From Candidatus Caldarchaeum sp. (GTDB taxonomy: Archaea; Thermoproteota; Nitrososphaeria_A; Caldarchaeales; Caldarchaeaceae): a stretch of DNA of 61,449 bases. Numbering within the stretch: the first letter of the stretch is position 1; the number at the start of each line of letters is the position of its first letter. Below, one piece after another: positions 9,935-21,376 of this stretch. The translations under genes were made by a program, and so were the position numbers. The notes under the pieces are model-generated. The model was given only the letters and a program-made list of their open reading frames with translations. It was not told where the DNA came from and ran no database searches. Where the stretch lies: positions 1 through 61,449 of the forward strand of contig JAWBRA010000011.1 of assembly GCA_038844785.1 (NCBI GenBank), read 5' to 3'.

Positions 9935-10007
9935 ATCTCCCCCAACAACACCGACAGTCTCCTTTATCGGGTATGTTTAAAGGCTGCAGCTGTGTGTTGG
10001 GTAGCCT

Positions 10008-10857
10008 GTGGACAACAACGCTACCATGGCTGAAAGCGGTGAAGAAACGACGGAGCCTATCCGAAAACAGGTTTATGAACCTCCCGGGAGAGTGGGAAGA
10101 AGGTTCTACGCCGATGTTCACAGACTGGCGAACAAGAATCGTAAAAGGAAGAACGATGAACAACATCATGTATATACCAATGACGGAGAAGGCTTCTACA
10201 GGGTTTCGAGGGTTTCAGAGATTCCAGCAGAGCAGGGCGACGAGCTCTACGTGGACACAATTCCCGTAGAGCTTACAGATGAATTCATAGAGGTTCTCAG
10301 GCGTGGTGTCAAAGTTCTGTATCTTCGCAGATTGAACATTCTGGCCGAGAGGTGTGAGGAGCTTGGGCTTTCAAAGACCTCTAGGAATGACATCAGGACG
10401 ATGATGGCTATAGAGCCTAAATGGTTCAGAGAGGTTGATGAAAACTTCTTGGTTATGCGCCAGCTTGTCAGCGACTACAGAGGTCTTGAAAGACGCTATA
10501 AAGGATTTGGAGAAGAGGATGACTACAATGGCGGAGATAATAGTCTCTGAGGCGGGTAAAAGAATACCCGCCTACAGTAGGGTCGTTGATACGTTGAAAG
10601 TAGGGGGCTATTCTGCTGCTAAGGTTGCTTTGGCCGAGGTGATGACGTACGCCGACTTCAGTAAGGGAATCACGAAGCTAAAAAACTATTTTGGACCCTT
10701 CAAAGTAGATGGAAGGAAAAAAGGTAAGAGGAAGATATTCAGCGGAGGGCCTCGTAAAGCTTTAGAGATGCTGACTATGGCTTTAAAAGGAACTGCGATG
10801 ATAACAGCCAAAAACCAACTACAAACAATCGAGAAAATCAGAGAAACGGTCAGTTAA
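10008..10857 (+). pseudogene. disrupted, divergent IS110-like transposase (two overlapping frames)
   Basis: The N-part has YADVH / YVDT / SKTSRND, resembling the DEDD RuvC-like domain. The C-part has IPAY...ALAEVMTYADF...KLKNYFG, resembling Transposase_20. The frame changes near 10480. Confidence 0.5.
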
Positions 10858-11346
10858 CATGCATGGGTCTCACAATCCCATACATGACATAGAATATAAC
10901 ATACCGGCCTCTCTCTGGGGTTCTTAAATGCTGTCTTGCTGGTTGGCCTCCAGCCAAACCCTCCCCTCATTTTTTCCTTCTTTCAGTTTCTGTTATAAAC
11001 TAAACCTTTTACAGGGACTTTTTTATGGGTTTACAAGTTCTTGTAGCAAGAGCACAACTGTACTTACAGAGGAAGAGAACTTTTATTGGAAAATCTTCAT
11101 ATTGACTCATTTAAGTTTCTTCAGAGCATTAAAATTTTTGAAAAAATGACCGCATCATACCCGCTTAGAATGTGGGCAGGTGCTTCGGACCTCGATTCAA
11201 ATGAGCCCGTCACATTTATATTCTACCGTCTTATCGTCGGTGCTAAGCGAGGAGTGAGATTATTGCTTCACGGCGCCTGGTAAACTTTTCCTCCGACGTC
11301 GTGGCTAGCTGTATCTCTGATAGGATTTTTGGGGGAGGTGGGTTGG

Positions 11347-12870
11347 ATGGCTTGGCGTAAGCTTTTAGAGTCTTCGCCGCCGTCACGGGTTGAAATCTTT
11401 GACACGACACTGAGAGACGGCGAGCAGACTGCGGGCGCTGCTTTGAGGCCCGAGGATAAAGTAAAGCTGGCCGAGGCTTTGGCTGACCTCGGGGTTGATG
11501 TTATCGAGGCAGGCTTTCCACCGGTTTCAAGCGGCGAAACCTCAGCGGTAAAACAAATAGCTGAAATGGGTCTCAAAACAAAAGTATGCGTGCTGTCTCG
11601 TTGCGAGAAATCCGACATCGACGCAGCTGCGAAAGTCAACCCGCAGTGGATTCATGTCTTCATAGCAACTTCCGACATCCATCTAAAGCACAAGCTTAGG
11701 CTGACTAGGGAGCAGGTTTTGGAGAAGGCTGTGTCTGCGGTAGAGTACGCCAAATCATACGGGTTCACCGTACATTTTTCAGCCGAGGACGCCACAAGAA
11801 CCGAGACTCCCTATCTGCTCACAGTGTTTAAAGCGGTTGAGGAGGCTGGAGCCGACAGCCTCGACATCCCAGACACCGTCGGCACTATAATACCTACAGC
11901 GATGAAAAAGCTTGTCACTGAGGTCAAGAAAAATGTGAGGTTACCCGTGGCTGTCCACTGCCACGACGACTTCGGCCTCGCTGTAGCCAACTCTCTCGCG
12001 GGCGTTGAGGCAGGCGCTGAAATAGTGCATGCAACCATCAACGGCATCGGAGAGAGAGCTGGCAACGCAAGCCTCGAAGAGGTTGCCGCGGCTTTGAAGT
12101 TCCTCTACGGTGTGGAGACAAACATCCGGTTTGAAAATGTTTACAAAGTCTCGAGGCTTGTGGAGAAGCTTATGGGCATAACTGTTCCGAAGAACAAGGC
12201 CATAGTGGGCGACAACGCGTTCGCCCACGAAAGCGGGATACACGTCCACGGAATACTGGGCAACCCAACAACCTACGAGCCGGTTATGCCGGAAGTGTTC
12301 GGAAGAAGGCGGCGGATAGTCTTCGGAAAACATTCAGGCATCCACGGTCTTGAAGCCTTCCTCAAAGAATACGGCTTCACCGTAGACAGGGAGAAGGTGT
12401 CATCCATTTTGAAGAAGGTGAAGGAGATAGCCGACAGCGGGGGAAAAGTCTCGGAGGAAGTAGTCCTGTCTCTAGCCGAAGAAGTATACGGTAGAAGAAC
12501 TCAGAAAAGGTCTTACGTAAAAAACTTGTTCATAATGTTGGTGGGTAAAAGCTTCAAAGCTCAGTGCGATCTGATGATGGCGGGGGAGCCTGTATCGGGT
12601 GAGGGGAGCGGAACCTCGGCTGTGGAGGCGGCTGTTTCCGCAGCCCTTCAAGCTGTTAATAAGATTGCTGACCTGAAGCTTGTTGACTTGAAGGTTCATG
12701 CTCCATATTTTGGGCATCACAGCGCGGAAGCTGAGGTTGTTCTTTCCGCCCACGGTGTGGAGCTTGTCGGCAGGGGGATAGGCCAGGACCCAGCTGTCGC
12801 GGTGGTGAATGCAGTAACAAGCGCAGCCCATCAACTGCTTTACAGCCAGGAGAGGCTTGAGGTGGGATGA
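11347..12870 (+). CDS. leuA: 2-isopropylmalate synthase / citramalate synthase family
   Basis: DTTLRDGEQ, HCHDDFG, GIGERAGN and HESGIH motifs; clustered with ilv genes. CimA specificity is not excluded. Confidence 0.85.
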   Translation: MAWRKLLESSPPSRVEIFDTTLRDGEQTAGAALRPEDKVKLAEALADLGVDVIEAGFPPVSSGETSAVKQIAEMGLKTKVCVLSRCEKSDIDAAAKVNPQWIHVFIATSDIHLKHKLRLTREQVLEKAVSAVEYAKSYGFTVHFSAEDATRTETPYLLTVFKAVEEAGADSLDIPDTVGTIIPTAMKKLVTEVKKNVRLPVAVHCHDDFGLAVANSLAGVEAGAEIVHATINGIGERAGNASLEEVAAALKFLYGVETNIRFENVYKVSRLVEKLMGITVPKNKAIVGDNAFAHESGIHVHGILGNPTTYEPVMPEVFGRRRRIVFGKHSGIHGLEAFLKEYGFTVDREKVSSILKKVKEIADSGGKVSEEVVLSLAEEVYGRRTQKRSYVKNLFIMLVGKSFKAQCDLMMAGEPVSGEGSGTSAVEAAVSAALQAVNKIADLKLVDLKVHAPYFGHHSAEAEVVLSAHGVELVGRGIGQDPAVAVVNAVTSAAHQLLYSQERLEVG

Positions 12871-14588
12871 GGGCGGCCGACGCTCTAGTCAAAGAAATGT
12901 CACGCAAAGGCGTCGAGATAGTGTTCGGCATACCCGGAGGAGCCAACATGCCCTTCTACGACGCGTTAAGAGACTCCGACATCAAAAGCATACTCGTTAG
13001 ACATGAGCAGCATGCTGTCCACGCGGCCGAAGGATACGCCCGGGTGAAAGGCAGGCCTGGTGTTTGCTCGGGAACTTCAGGGCCCGGCGCTACAAACCTG
13101 ATAACAGGGCTTGTGGATGCTTACATGGACAGCACCCCAGTCGTGGCCATAACAGGGCAGGTTGTAAGGTCTTTCATGGGGACGGATGCTTTCCAAGAAG
13201 CCGATATCGTCGGGCTTGTTCTACCGCATATAAAGTACGCTGTAACAGTAAAAAACCCTCGCAGGCTTGTTCAGGAATTCGTCAACGCATACAGCGTCGC
13301 CGTCAACCGAAGACCTGGGCCCACGCTTATCGACATACCGAGGGACGTCATGACAGAAGACGTGCCGTATGAGGAGACGGTGCCTGAGCCGTTATTCAAC
13401 CAGCCTCTGCCCGAGCCTGACCTAGAGGCTGTGAAAATGGCTGCACAGCTTATAGTCGAGTCGGAGAAACCCGTCCTGCTTGTAGGAGGCGGAGCAGTTT
13501 ACAGCATGGCCGGTAAAGAGGTTTTAGAGCTTGCTGAACATATCGCAGCGCCGATAGTTACAACGACGATGGGTAAAGGAGCTGTTCCAGAAAACCATCC
13601 ACTCGTGTTAGGCGTCGTTGGGATGCATGGACGTGTTGAAGCAGACCTTGCGGTTATAGAGTCGGACCTTGTGATATGTGTGGGGACAAGACTCTCCGAC
13701 AGAGCCATAGGCCCTGCGAAAGATTTTGAAAAAGGACGTAAAATCATCCACATAGACATAGACGTAAGCGAGTTTGGAAAAAACGTCAGACCCACGGTCA
13801 GTTTGCCCGGCGACGCCGGAAGGGTTTTAGCGGAGCTCATAGAATACATCAAACACGTTATCCCTAAAAGGCTTGACTGCCCGATGGCTAGAAGGCTTCG
13901 TGAAATAGGCGAAGCCTACGACGAGTACATGATGAGCATGGATGACGGAACCGTTCTCCATTCTTGGAGGGTTGTATCCCTCCTCAACGAAATACTGCCA
14001 CCCGACACCATAGTTACAACAGGGGTTGGACAGCATCAAATGTGGGCTCAGCTTTTCTGGAGAACGAGGACGCCTGGCACTTGGATAACCAGCGGCGGGC
14101 TTGGGACGATGGGGTTCGGGCTACCCGCTGCTTTCGGAGCCAAGGCTGCAGCGCCTGAAAGAGTTGTCGTAGACATGGATGGTGACGGAAGCTTTCTGAT
14201 GACATGTCAAACCCTTGCCTGCGTAGCTGACTACGAGCTTCCCGTGATAACTGTGATTTTTGACAACAGGTCGCTCGGCATGGTCAAGCAGTGGCAGGAC
14301 ATGTTCTACAATAAACGCTACAAGGACGTTGAGTACAACGACAGAACTGATCTGGTGAAGCTGTCGGAGTCTTTCGGAGTTGAAGCGTTTAGGGTGGAAA
14401 GCTATGACGAGCTTGTGAAAGCCGTCAGCAGAGCTGTGAGGACAAACTCGGCTGTGACGGTGGACGTGCCCGTCGACAGGGGAGAGCTTGTGTTCCCGAT
14501 GGTTCCGCCGGGTAAGTGGCTTCAAGATGTGAGGCTTCCGCCTGGCTTCGAGCTAACACAGCGTATCGTCAACGTAAGCAAGGTTTAG
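12867..14588 (+). CDS. ilvB: acetolactate synthase large subunit
   Basis: FGIPGG, RHEQ, SGPGATN, GLGTMGFG and GDGSF motifs; GMVKQWQ. Confidence 0.95.
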   Translation: MRAADALVKEMSRKGVEIVFGIPGGANMPFYDALRDSDIKSILVRHEQHAVHAAEGYARVKGRPGVCSGTSGPGATNLITGLVDAYMDSTPVVAITGQVVRSFMGTDAFQEADIVGLVLPHIKYAVTVKNPRRLVQEFVNAYSVAVNRRPGPTLIDIPRDVMTEDVPYEETVPEPLFNQPLPEPDLEAVKMAAQLIVESEKPVLLVGGGAVYSMAGKEVLELAEHIAAPIVTTTMGKGAVPENHPLVLGVVGMHGRVEADLAVIESDLVICVGTRLSDRAIGPAKDFEKGRKIIHIDIDVSEFGKNVRPTVSLPGDAGRVLAELIEYIKHVIPKRLDCPMARRLREIGEAYDEYMMSMDDGTVLHSWRVVSLLNEILPPDTIVTTGVGQHQMWAQLFWRTRTPGTWITSGGLGTMGFGLPAAFGAKAAAPERVVVDMDGDGSFLMTCQTLACVADYELPVITVIFDNRSLGMVKQWQDMFYNKRYKDVEYNDRTDLVKLSESFGVEAFRVESYDELVKAVSRAVRTNSAVTVDVPVDRGELVFPMVPPGKWLQDVRLPPGFELTQRIVNVSKV

Positions 14589-14590
14589 GT

Positions 14591-14833
14591 ATGAAGTTCA
14601 TACTTTACGTTGTTTTAACCAACAGCCCCGACGCCGTGGCGAAAATGATGCTGACGGTCAAGCAGGGCAACCTCGCCATAGAATCTGTGAACATTAACAA
14701 GTCGGAGGACGGGGGCAAGCTTTCTGCGGTGCTGCTGCTTGACGGTGAAGAAGAAAAAGGTGAGTGGCTTGCCAGAAAACTGTTGAACTATCCATACTAT
14801 CATTCCACCAGCTTGACGAAGTTGAACATCTAA
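14591..14833 (+). CDS. short ACT-domain protein, probable acetolactate synthase regulatory subunit
   Basis: 80-aa ACT-like ORF (start ATG 14591) lying between ilvB and ilvC. Confidence 0.7.
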   Translation: MKFILYVVLTNSPDAVAKMMLTVKQGNLAIESVNINKSEDGGKLSAVLLLDGEEEKGEWLARKLLNYPYYHSTSLTKLNI

Positions 14834-14933
14834 CCTCTCACTAATTCACAGCATGTGTTTGCCTGTGAGCCGACATCCGAAAATGGATTAACCACTGTTA
14901 AACTTTTTATCAAAGCTTTAACGCTGCAACTTC

Positions 14934-15911
14934 ATGAAAGTATACTACGACAGCGACGTGTCGCTGGATGTTCTGAAAGACAAGACGGTGGCTGTTATTG
15001 GGTATGGGAGCCAGGGCCGTGCGCAGGCGTTATGCATGAAGGATTCGGGTTTAAACGTTGTCGTCGGGCTTCGCCCTGGAGGTGCTTCCTGGAACAAAGC
15101 TGTTCAAGAAGGCTTCTCCCCACTGACCGTGGAGGAAGCAGCACGTGCAGGCGATGTTATTCACATCCTCATACCCGACATCGATCAACCCATGGTTTAT
15201 CAGAAGCAGATAAAGCCTTATTTGAAGCCAGGCAAGACATTAGGCTTCTCGCACGGCTACAACATACACTTCCGCCAGATAGTTCCGCCTAAGGATGTGG
15301 ATGTTGTGTTGATGGCTCCTAAATCGCCGGGCTCACGCATGCGGGACCTGTACCTTCAAGGAAAAGGTGTTCCAGCTCTTGTCGCTGTTGGACAGGATTA
15401 TTCGGGTAAGGCTCTGCAGACGGCTCTAGCGTTAGCCAAGGCATGTGGCTGCACAAGAGCGGGAGTAATTGAAACAACTTTCAAGGACGAGACCGAGACC
15501 GACCTTTTCGGCGAACAGGCAGTCCTCGTCGGAGGCGTTATGGAGCTCATCAGAAACGGCTTCGAGGTCTTGGTTGAAAACGGATATCCAGCCGAGCTCG
15601 CGTACTTCGAGGTCCTAAACGAGCTGAAGCTGATAGTCGACCTAATCTACCAAGGTGGGATAACACACATGCTGAAGTCTGTGTCGGACACGGCGAAGTA
15701 TGGTGGCCTTACGGTGGGTCCGCAGATCGTTGACAGCAACGTGAGAAAGAACATGGTGAAAGCCCTTGAGCGGATAAAATCGGGCGAGTTCGCTGAATCA
15801 TGGACAGGAAACCCGAAAGCCTATGAAACCCTCAACGAGCTTATGAACAAGGTTTTACAACATCCAATCGAGAAGGTCGGAGAACAGATAAGAAAGATGG
15901 CAAACATCTAA
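14934..15911 (+). CDS. ilvC: ketol-acid reductoisomerase
   Basis: [23 protein letters not shown] and SDTAKYG motifs. Confidence 0.96.
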   Translation: MKVYYDSDVSLDVLKDKTVAVIGYGSQGRAQALCMKDSGLNVVVGLRPGGASWNKAVQEGFSPLTVEEAARAGDVIHILIPDIDQPMVYQKQIKPYLKPGKTLGFSHGYNIHFRQIVPPKDVDVVLMAPKSPGSRMRDLYLQGKGVPALVAVGQDYSGKALQTALALAKACGCTRAGVIETTFKDETETDLFGEQAVLVGGVMELIRNGFEVLVENGYPAELAYFEVLNELKLIVDLIYQGGITHMLKSVSDTAKYGGLTVGPQIVDSNVRKNMVKALERIKSGEFAESWTGNPKAYETLNELMNKVLQHPIEKVGEQIRKMANI

Positions 15912-16396
15912 ACCCTTCGGACTTTTGTATAGAGATAAAGCCTTCTTCCACTTTTTGTCTCAACCTCTGATGGGAGAAGCCCTGGTATAGGAAAGTTGTG
16001 GCAGACTATTCGGGCGCCTTTTGAGAGGGCCTCCTCCAGCTGAGGCTTTATCTTCCGCAGCACAGGTGTTGTGAGATAAAGCGTAACGACATCGGCGTCG
16101 TTTAAAGATGCTTTCGCAAGGTCTTGGTTAACGACACTCACCATGTCCTCGAGCCTCAACACCCTAACCCTCTGCCTGATGTGATGCACTAGCGTTGGTC
16201 TCAGCTCGTATCCAACACCCTTGGCGCCGTACTTCAAAGCAGCCGTCAAAATTATCCGGCCATCCCCACATCCTAGGTCGTAAACCTTCTCACCTTCTTC
16301 AACCCCTGCAAGGTCCAGCATCCTCTCCACAACGTTCATAGGAGTTGGTACGAAAGGCACAAGCTTGGAGAAGTTTTTCATAACCATCTCCCCCAA
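15908..16396 (-). CDS. class I SAM-dependent methyltransferase
   Basis: [16 protein letters not shown] and ADVVTLYL motifs. Confidence 0.88.
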   Translation of the reverse strand: MGEMVMKNFSKLVPFVPTPMNVVERMLDLAGVEEGEKVYDLGCGDGRIILTAALKYGAKGVGYELRPTLVHHIRQRVRVLRLEDMVSVVNQDLAKASLNDADVVTLYLTTPVLRKIKPQLEEALSKGARIVCHNFPIPGLLPSEVETKSGRRLYLYTKVRRV

Positions 16397-16399
16397 CTT

Positions 16400-17026
16400 C
16401 TACTCGGGGAGGAAAGTTCTTGGCTTCGGCCTAAGGAATTCCGGCATCCTCTCCTCATACTCCAGTATTCTACCGCTGTATTTCTCGAGGGTTATCTGGA
16501 TGTCGTCGAGACCTTTCATAAGCCTTTCCCTTATGTGAGGCTCCATCTCAAAGCTTATGCTCTCGCCTGGAAGGGAAACTGTTTGTTTCTCAAGGTCTAC
16601 AGTGAGGATTAGCTTTCCATCTTTGGCCAAGCTTCTTAAACGCTTTGTTTGGCTCTCGGATAGTTTTACGCAGACTAGGCCGTTTTTGCTGGCGTTGGTG
16701 TAGAAGATGTCGCCGAAGCTGGATGCTATGACGCATTTTATCCCAAAATCGGTTAAAGCCCACACAGCGTTTTCACGGCTGGAGCCTATTCCGAAATTAC
16801 GTCCTGCCACAAGGATTTTAGCATCCCTGAACTGAGGCCTGTCGAGGACAAAATCACCCTTCAGCTCCCCTTTTTCATCATAACGCCAGCGGTAAAACAA
16901 GTATCTTCCAAGCCCCTTACGCTCGATCACCTTGAGAAACTCTGCCGGGATAATCTGGTCTGTGTCAACGTCGTCCGCTTCAAGCGGTGCAGCCTTTCCT
17001 ACCACGCGAACAACAGCCTCAGGCAC
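16400..17026 (-). CDS. leuD: 3-isopropylmalate dehydratase small subunit
   Basis: DVDTDQIIP, NFGIGSSRE and SFGDIF motifs; start probably GTG 17026. Confidence 0.93.
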   Translation of the reverse strand: MPEAVVRVVGKAAPLEADDVDTDQIIPAEFLKVIERKGLGRYLFYRWRYDEKGELKGDFVLDRPQFRDAKILVAGRNFGIGSSRENAVWALTDFGIKCVIASSFGDIFYTNASKNGLVCVKLSESQTKRLRSLAKDGKLILTVDLEKQTVSLPGESISFEMEPHIRERLMKGLDDIQITLEKYSGRILEYEERMPEFLRPKPRTFLPE

Positions 17027-17109
17027 GGCGAAAGTAGATGTATACACATCTATTTAACCAAAAATTTCACGCCTTAACATTTTTATTAACGCGGCGGCAT
17101 CGCTCTCTT

Positions 17110-18042
17110 GTGGTTGCCTCGCCCGTCATAGTAGCTGAGAATCTCACGAAAAAATACGGCGACTATACTGCCGTCGACAACGTTTCTTTCAAGGTTTATG
17201 AGGGCGAGGTTTTTGCGATGCTTGGGCCTAACGGCGCTGGGAAAACCACGACGGTGGAGATGCTTGAGTGTCTGAGGACTCCGACATCTGGCGACGCCCA
17301 CGTAAAAGGGCTGAGCATCCGAAACAACTCAGACGTCAAGCAGATCAAGAAGATTATAGGCGTTCTGCCGCAGGAGTTTAACGCCGTCGACAACCTCACA
17401 GTTTTTGAGAACGTGCAGCTCGCAGCTGCAGCCAAGGGAGCTAAAGACTTCAAACAAATTCTCGAGAACCTGGGTCTCTGGGAGTATCGGAGGAGGCTTT
17501 TCTCCAAGCTTTCGGGCGGCTTGAAGAGGAGGGTTGGGCTGGCGATGGCCTTGGTTGGCGAGCCTGAGATAGTTTTCCTCGATGAGCCGACCACGGGCCT
17601 CGACCCTGAGGCAAGGCGTGAAACATGGCTCTACATCAAGAGGCTCAAATCGTTAGGAACCACAACCGTGCTAACCACGCACTACATGGAGGAGGCGGAG
17701 ACGCTGAGCGACCGTGTGGCGATAATAGTCAAGGGACGGATAGCTGCTGAAGGAAAGGTGAGAGAACTCGTAGCAAAACACGGGGGAAGAACCAAGCTCG
17801 TCTTCGAGGGCCTCGACGAGAAGGTTTTAGCCTCGCTGAGAAGTAAGGGTTTTGAGGCTGAGCAGACGCAGGAAGGCCGGACGATTGTGCGCATATCTAA
17901 CGATTCAGAGATTGTTGAAGTGCTGTCGAATCTCAGAGCTATGTCGATTGAGGTTTATCCTGAAATAAGGCAAGCGGGTCTAGAGGATGTCTTCTTATCT
18001 GTCATAGGCTCGAGGCTTTCTGAGGAGGGCTTTCTGGCATGA
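17110..18042 (+). CDS. ABC transporter ATP-binding protein (DrrA-like)
   Basis: GPNGAGKT, LSGG, LDEPT and TTHY motifs. Confidence 0.93.
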   Translation: MVASPVIVAENLTKKYGDYTAVDNVSFKVYEGEVFAMLGPNGAGKTTTVEMLECLRTPTSGDAHVKGLSIRNNSDVKQIKKIIGVLPQEFNAVDNLTVFENVQLAAAAKGAKDFKQILENLGLWEYRRRLFSKLSGGLKRRVGLAMALVGEPEIVFLDEPTTGLDPEARRETWLYIKRLKSLGTTTVLTTHYMEEAETLSDRVAIIVKGRIAAEGKVRELVAKHGGRTKLVFEGLDEKVLASLRSKGFEAEQTQEGRTIVRISNDSEIVEVLSNLRAMSIEVYPEIRQAGLEDVFLSVIGSRLSEEGFLA

Positions 18043-19280
18043 GCTCTCTCACAACCCTCGTCAAGCTGCTCTTCAAAACATGGTTCAGGAGGAAAGCCAG
18101 CATTTTTTTCGGCATAGCCTTTCCAATAATGCTGCTGCTTGTTTTCGGCAGTATATTCGGCGGCCCTTCTCCTCCCAACTACCGGCTGTACGTGAGAAAC
18201 CTCGACGTCGACCAAAACGGGAACCCCATGCCACTATCGGATGCATTCGTAAAAGCTCTCAACGGCAGCGTCTTCGAAATCATCCCCCTCAAGCCCGGCG
18301 AGCCAACCCCTAAATCCACAGGGTTTGCAGCAGTCAGAATACTCACAATCCCCAAAGGATTCACAGACAGCGTTCTCAACATGACTATGGCCAACCTGGT
18401 GAACATAATGCAGGACACCATTCTAAGACTCGTTCAAATGGCTGGAGAGCAGATTCCGGAAGAGATGCGAGCCAACATCGCGGCGTCGATGCAGCAGATA
18501 AACATGTTTAAACAATCAATAAAGGCTGAGCGAAAGACGCTCATCCTTGAAGGCAGCCCCGACGACAGAGTCCTCCAACCCATAGAAGGCATAATAAACA
18601 TCATAGCATCCAAGTTTGAGACAGCGCTGCTCAACGCGTCGTCGACGATGGAGATAAAACTCGTTTACAGCGAGGCCAGACAGCTTCGCATAGTCGATTA
18701 CTATGTACCTGGATACATAGCGGCGTTCATAATGGCCAACGGGTTGATCGGTGTTTCGTCGCTTGTCTCAGACTTCAACCGGCGTGGAGTCGTCAAGCTT
18801 CTCGCCTCAACTCCTATCCCGAAATCTTACTGGATTGTTTCGCTGGTTGTCGTTCAAACTTTTGCAGCGTTGCTGTTGACGGCTGTCATGTTCGCCGTGG
18901 GGTGGGTTGTGTTCAGGATGACAACCATTCCGGACATCTTCAGCCTCATGGTCGTTTTGCTGGGAACTTTGGCTTTCACAGGCCTTGGAGTACTGATAGG
19001 AGGCGTGGTGAGGGAAGCAGAAGCGGTCACCGCCCTCGGAAACATGCTTTCCTTCCCCATGATGTTTCTCTCAGGAGCCTTCTGGCCTCTAGAGATAATG
19101 CCCAAGTTTCTTCAGGAAGCCGCAAAATACATTCCGCTCTACTATTTCCACGCAGCCTTAAGGGAGACGCTGCTGACGGGTTCCGTTTCAACAGCCTTGG
19201 CACCGTCTTTGGTGCTATTAGCCATGGCGGCCGTAGGCATGTCCTTAGCCGTTTTCACAACGAGATGGCGGGATTTTTAG
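18039..19280 (+). CDS. ABC-2 type transporter permease
   Basis: N-terminal TM, a large extracellular loop, then 5 TMs with FPMMFLSGAFWP; overlaps the ATPase gene. Confidence 0.9.
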   Translation: MSSLTTLVKLLFKTWFRRKASIFFGIAFPIMLLLVFGSIFGGPSPPNYRLYVRNLDVDQNGNPMPLSDAFVKALNGSVFEIIPLKPGEPTPKSTGFAAVRILTIPKGFTDSVLNMTMANLVNIMQDTILRLVQMAGEQIPEEMRANIAASMQQINMFKQSIKAERKTLILEGSPDDRVLQPIEGIINIIASKFETALLNASSTMEIKLVYSEARQLRIVDYYVPGYIAAFIMANGLIGVSSLVSDFNRRGVVKLLASTPIPKSYWIVSLVVVQTFAALLLTAVMFAVGWVVFRMTTIPDIFSLMVVLLGTLAFTGLGVLIGGVVREAEAVTALGNMLSFPMMFLSGAFWPLEIMPKFLQEAAKYIPLYYFHAALRETLLTGSVSTALAPSLVLLAMAAVGMSLAVFTTRWRDF

Positions 19281-19347
19281 CCGCCCACCCTCATTCGACG
19301 TGTTCTACAACTATGATTAAATACGGGAGTTTCCGCTCCCTGATGAG

Positions 19348-20259
19348 TTGTTTAGCGTAGGCGTTTCTCCCAGCAGGCCGTTGAGAGAGTATTCCGGGCT
19401 GCTGGAGGGAGTTGTAGACCTTCACGTCCACACCGCTCCAGACGTCCTTCAGAGAAGTGTCGACGACCTCGAGTTCACAAGATTCGTTGGCGAAATAGGA
19501 TATGCAGCGTATTTGGCTAAGAACCATTTCACGGAGACGGCCAGCAGAGCCTACCTGCTCCGTAAAATAAGCGGTAGGGTTAAGGTATTCGGCGCTATCG
19601 TCCTCAACTCATCTGTGGGAGGGCTTAACCCGTCGGCGGTGGAGAAGGCGCTGGCCATGGGGGCGGCTGAAGTCTGGATGCCTACGTTGAGCGCGGACAA
19701 CCACATAAAAATGTTCGGAACCGCCGCTTTGCTCTCAACCAACCGAGTTAAGACCTTCAGCTCATACAGCGAAACCAGCCGCGGAATAACTGTCTTGGAC
19801 CAGAGCGGGGATGAGCTAAAGCCCGAGATAACCCCTACACTTCAGCTCGTTGCCGAGAGCAACGCCATACTCGGCACAGGACATCTCTCGCTCCGGGAAA
19901 TCTTCAAGCTCATAGATGCTGCTAAGAAAACGGGTGTGGGGAAGATTCTCATAACGCATCCGCACTTTAAAGCCACGAGGTTTTCGACGGAAGACCAAGT
20001 AAGGCTGGCGGATATGGGTGCTGTGATAGAGTACTGTGCGGTCGCCGGCTACGACCCCAAGGCCCTCGCTGAGCACATAAGAAGAGTGGGCGTCGGCAGA
20101 TGCATAATCTCGAGCGACGCAGGCCAGCCTCATAAAGGCCATCCGGTTGACGTGTTGCTGAAAATGATAGAGGAGCTGAGAGAGCATGGGCTTTCTGATT
20201 CTGACATACAGCGTTTGACCAAAAGCAACCCGATGAAGCTGGTTGAAGACCTCATGTGA
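19348..20259 (+). CDS. metal-dependent hydrolase superfamily protein (DUF6282-like)
   Basis: DLHVH, KNH, WMPT, TGH, ITHP and SSDAGQ motifs. Confidence 0.78.
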   Translation: MFSVGVSPSRPLREYSGLLEGVVDLHVHTAPDVLQRSVDDLEFTRFVGEIGYAAYLAKNHFTETASRAYLLRKISGRVKVFGAIVLNSSVGGLNPSAVEKALAMGAAEVWMPTLSADNHIKMFGTAALLSTNRVKTFSSYSETSRGITVLDQSGDELKPEITPTLQLVAESNAILGTGHLSLREIFKLIDAAKKTGVGKILITHPHFKATRFSTEDQVRLADMGAVIEYCAVAGYDPKALAEHIRRVGVGRCIISSDAGQPHKGHPVDVLLKMIEELREHGLSDSDIQRLTKSNPMKLVEDLM

Positions 20260-20409
20260 CAAATGAGTCACCCGGCTTTTCTGAAAACTTCCCGAATGGT
20301 TTAACATCTGCGAATACCATCTTCCCAAGACGCCTATGGGGAAAGTTAGGAGGGTCGATCTTAGGACATCTGCACCATCAAACCATTTATACAGCCATCC
20401 AAAGAAGGT

Positions 20410-21297
20410 GTGAGAGTCTTGCAGGCTACCGACATCATAAACGATGTACACATCCATGTCAACCCCTTCTCCAAGCTCCATAAACCAGCCTTCGACTTCT
20501 TCGCCACAAACCCCTACTTCAGGGAGAACAACAAGAAGATCGAGAACGACCCGTCGTATTTGATTAAGAGGATGGATGAGGATGGTGTCTCGAGAGCCGT
20601 CCTGATAAACTATGTTGCACGCGAGGTCATGGGCTACGACCTGTCGGTAAACGAGTATGTATACAGATACACGCGGGATTATCGGGACAGGTTGCTGGCT
20701 TTCGGCGGAGTGGACCTGGAGTTGGACGGCTCTGAGTTCATCAAGGAGGTTGAGACCGCCTACTCTAAGTACGAGCTTGCTGGCTTCAAGCTACATCCAG
20801 TCCACCAGCTGGTTTACCCCAACCAGTATCTATCCGAACACGGTGAAAAGGCCAACAAGAACCTTGAGAGGCTTTATGAGTTCTGCTCCCAGCATAACAT
20901 TCCAGTCACGGTTCATACCGGAACCTCCATGTTTCCCAAAGCGAGGATAAAGTATGGCAACGCCTTGTATTTAGATGACGTTCTCGCCGACTTTCCCAAG
21001 CTGAGGCTGATAATGGCCCATGGCGGCAGACCCCTATGGATGGAGAGCGCCTTTTTCCTGATGAGACGTCATAGGAACCTTTACCTCGACATATCTGGAA
21101 TTCCTCCGAGCAGGCTGCTTGACTACTTCCCTAGGATTGCGGAGATTGGTGAGAGAGTGATGTTCAGCAGCGACTGGCCGAGCCCGGGCGTCAAAGGCAT
21201 GCTTGCAAATGCCCGAGAGCTGCTGAACCTGAACATCGACGAAAACATAAAGCAGAGAATTCTCAGGAAAAATTTTGATGAGTTCTTCAAGGTTTAG
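20410..21297 (+). CDS. amidohydrolase_2 family protein
   Basis: DVHIH, KLHP, HTG, AHGG and SSDWP motifs. Confidence 0.88.
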   Translation: MRVLQATDIINDVHIHVNPFSKLHKPAFDFFATNPYFRENNKKIENDPSYLIKRMDEDGVSRAVLINYVAREVMGYDLSVNEYVYRYTRDYRDRLLAFGGVDLELDGSEFIKEVETAYSKYELAGFKLHPVHQLVYPNQYLSEHGEKANKNLERLYEFCSQHNIPVTVHTGTSMFPKARIKYGNALYLDDVLADFPKLRLIMAHGGRPLWMESAFFLMRRHRNLYLDISGIPPSRLLDYFPRIAEIGERVMFSSDWPSPGVKGMLANARELLNLNIDENIKQRILRKNFDEFFKV

Positions 21298-21376
21298 GGC
21301 TGAAAACTAACGCTAAGCTGGGACGACGTACGACGCTGTTCAGCTCATTCGTGGTGCAGGATGGTGGAGGATGCTT

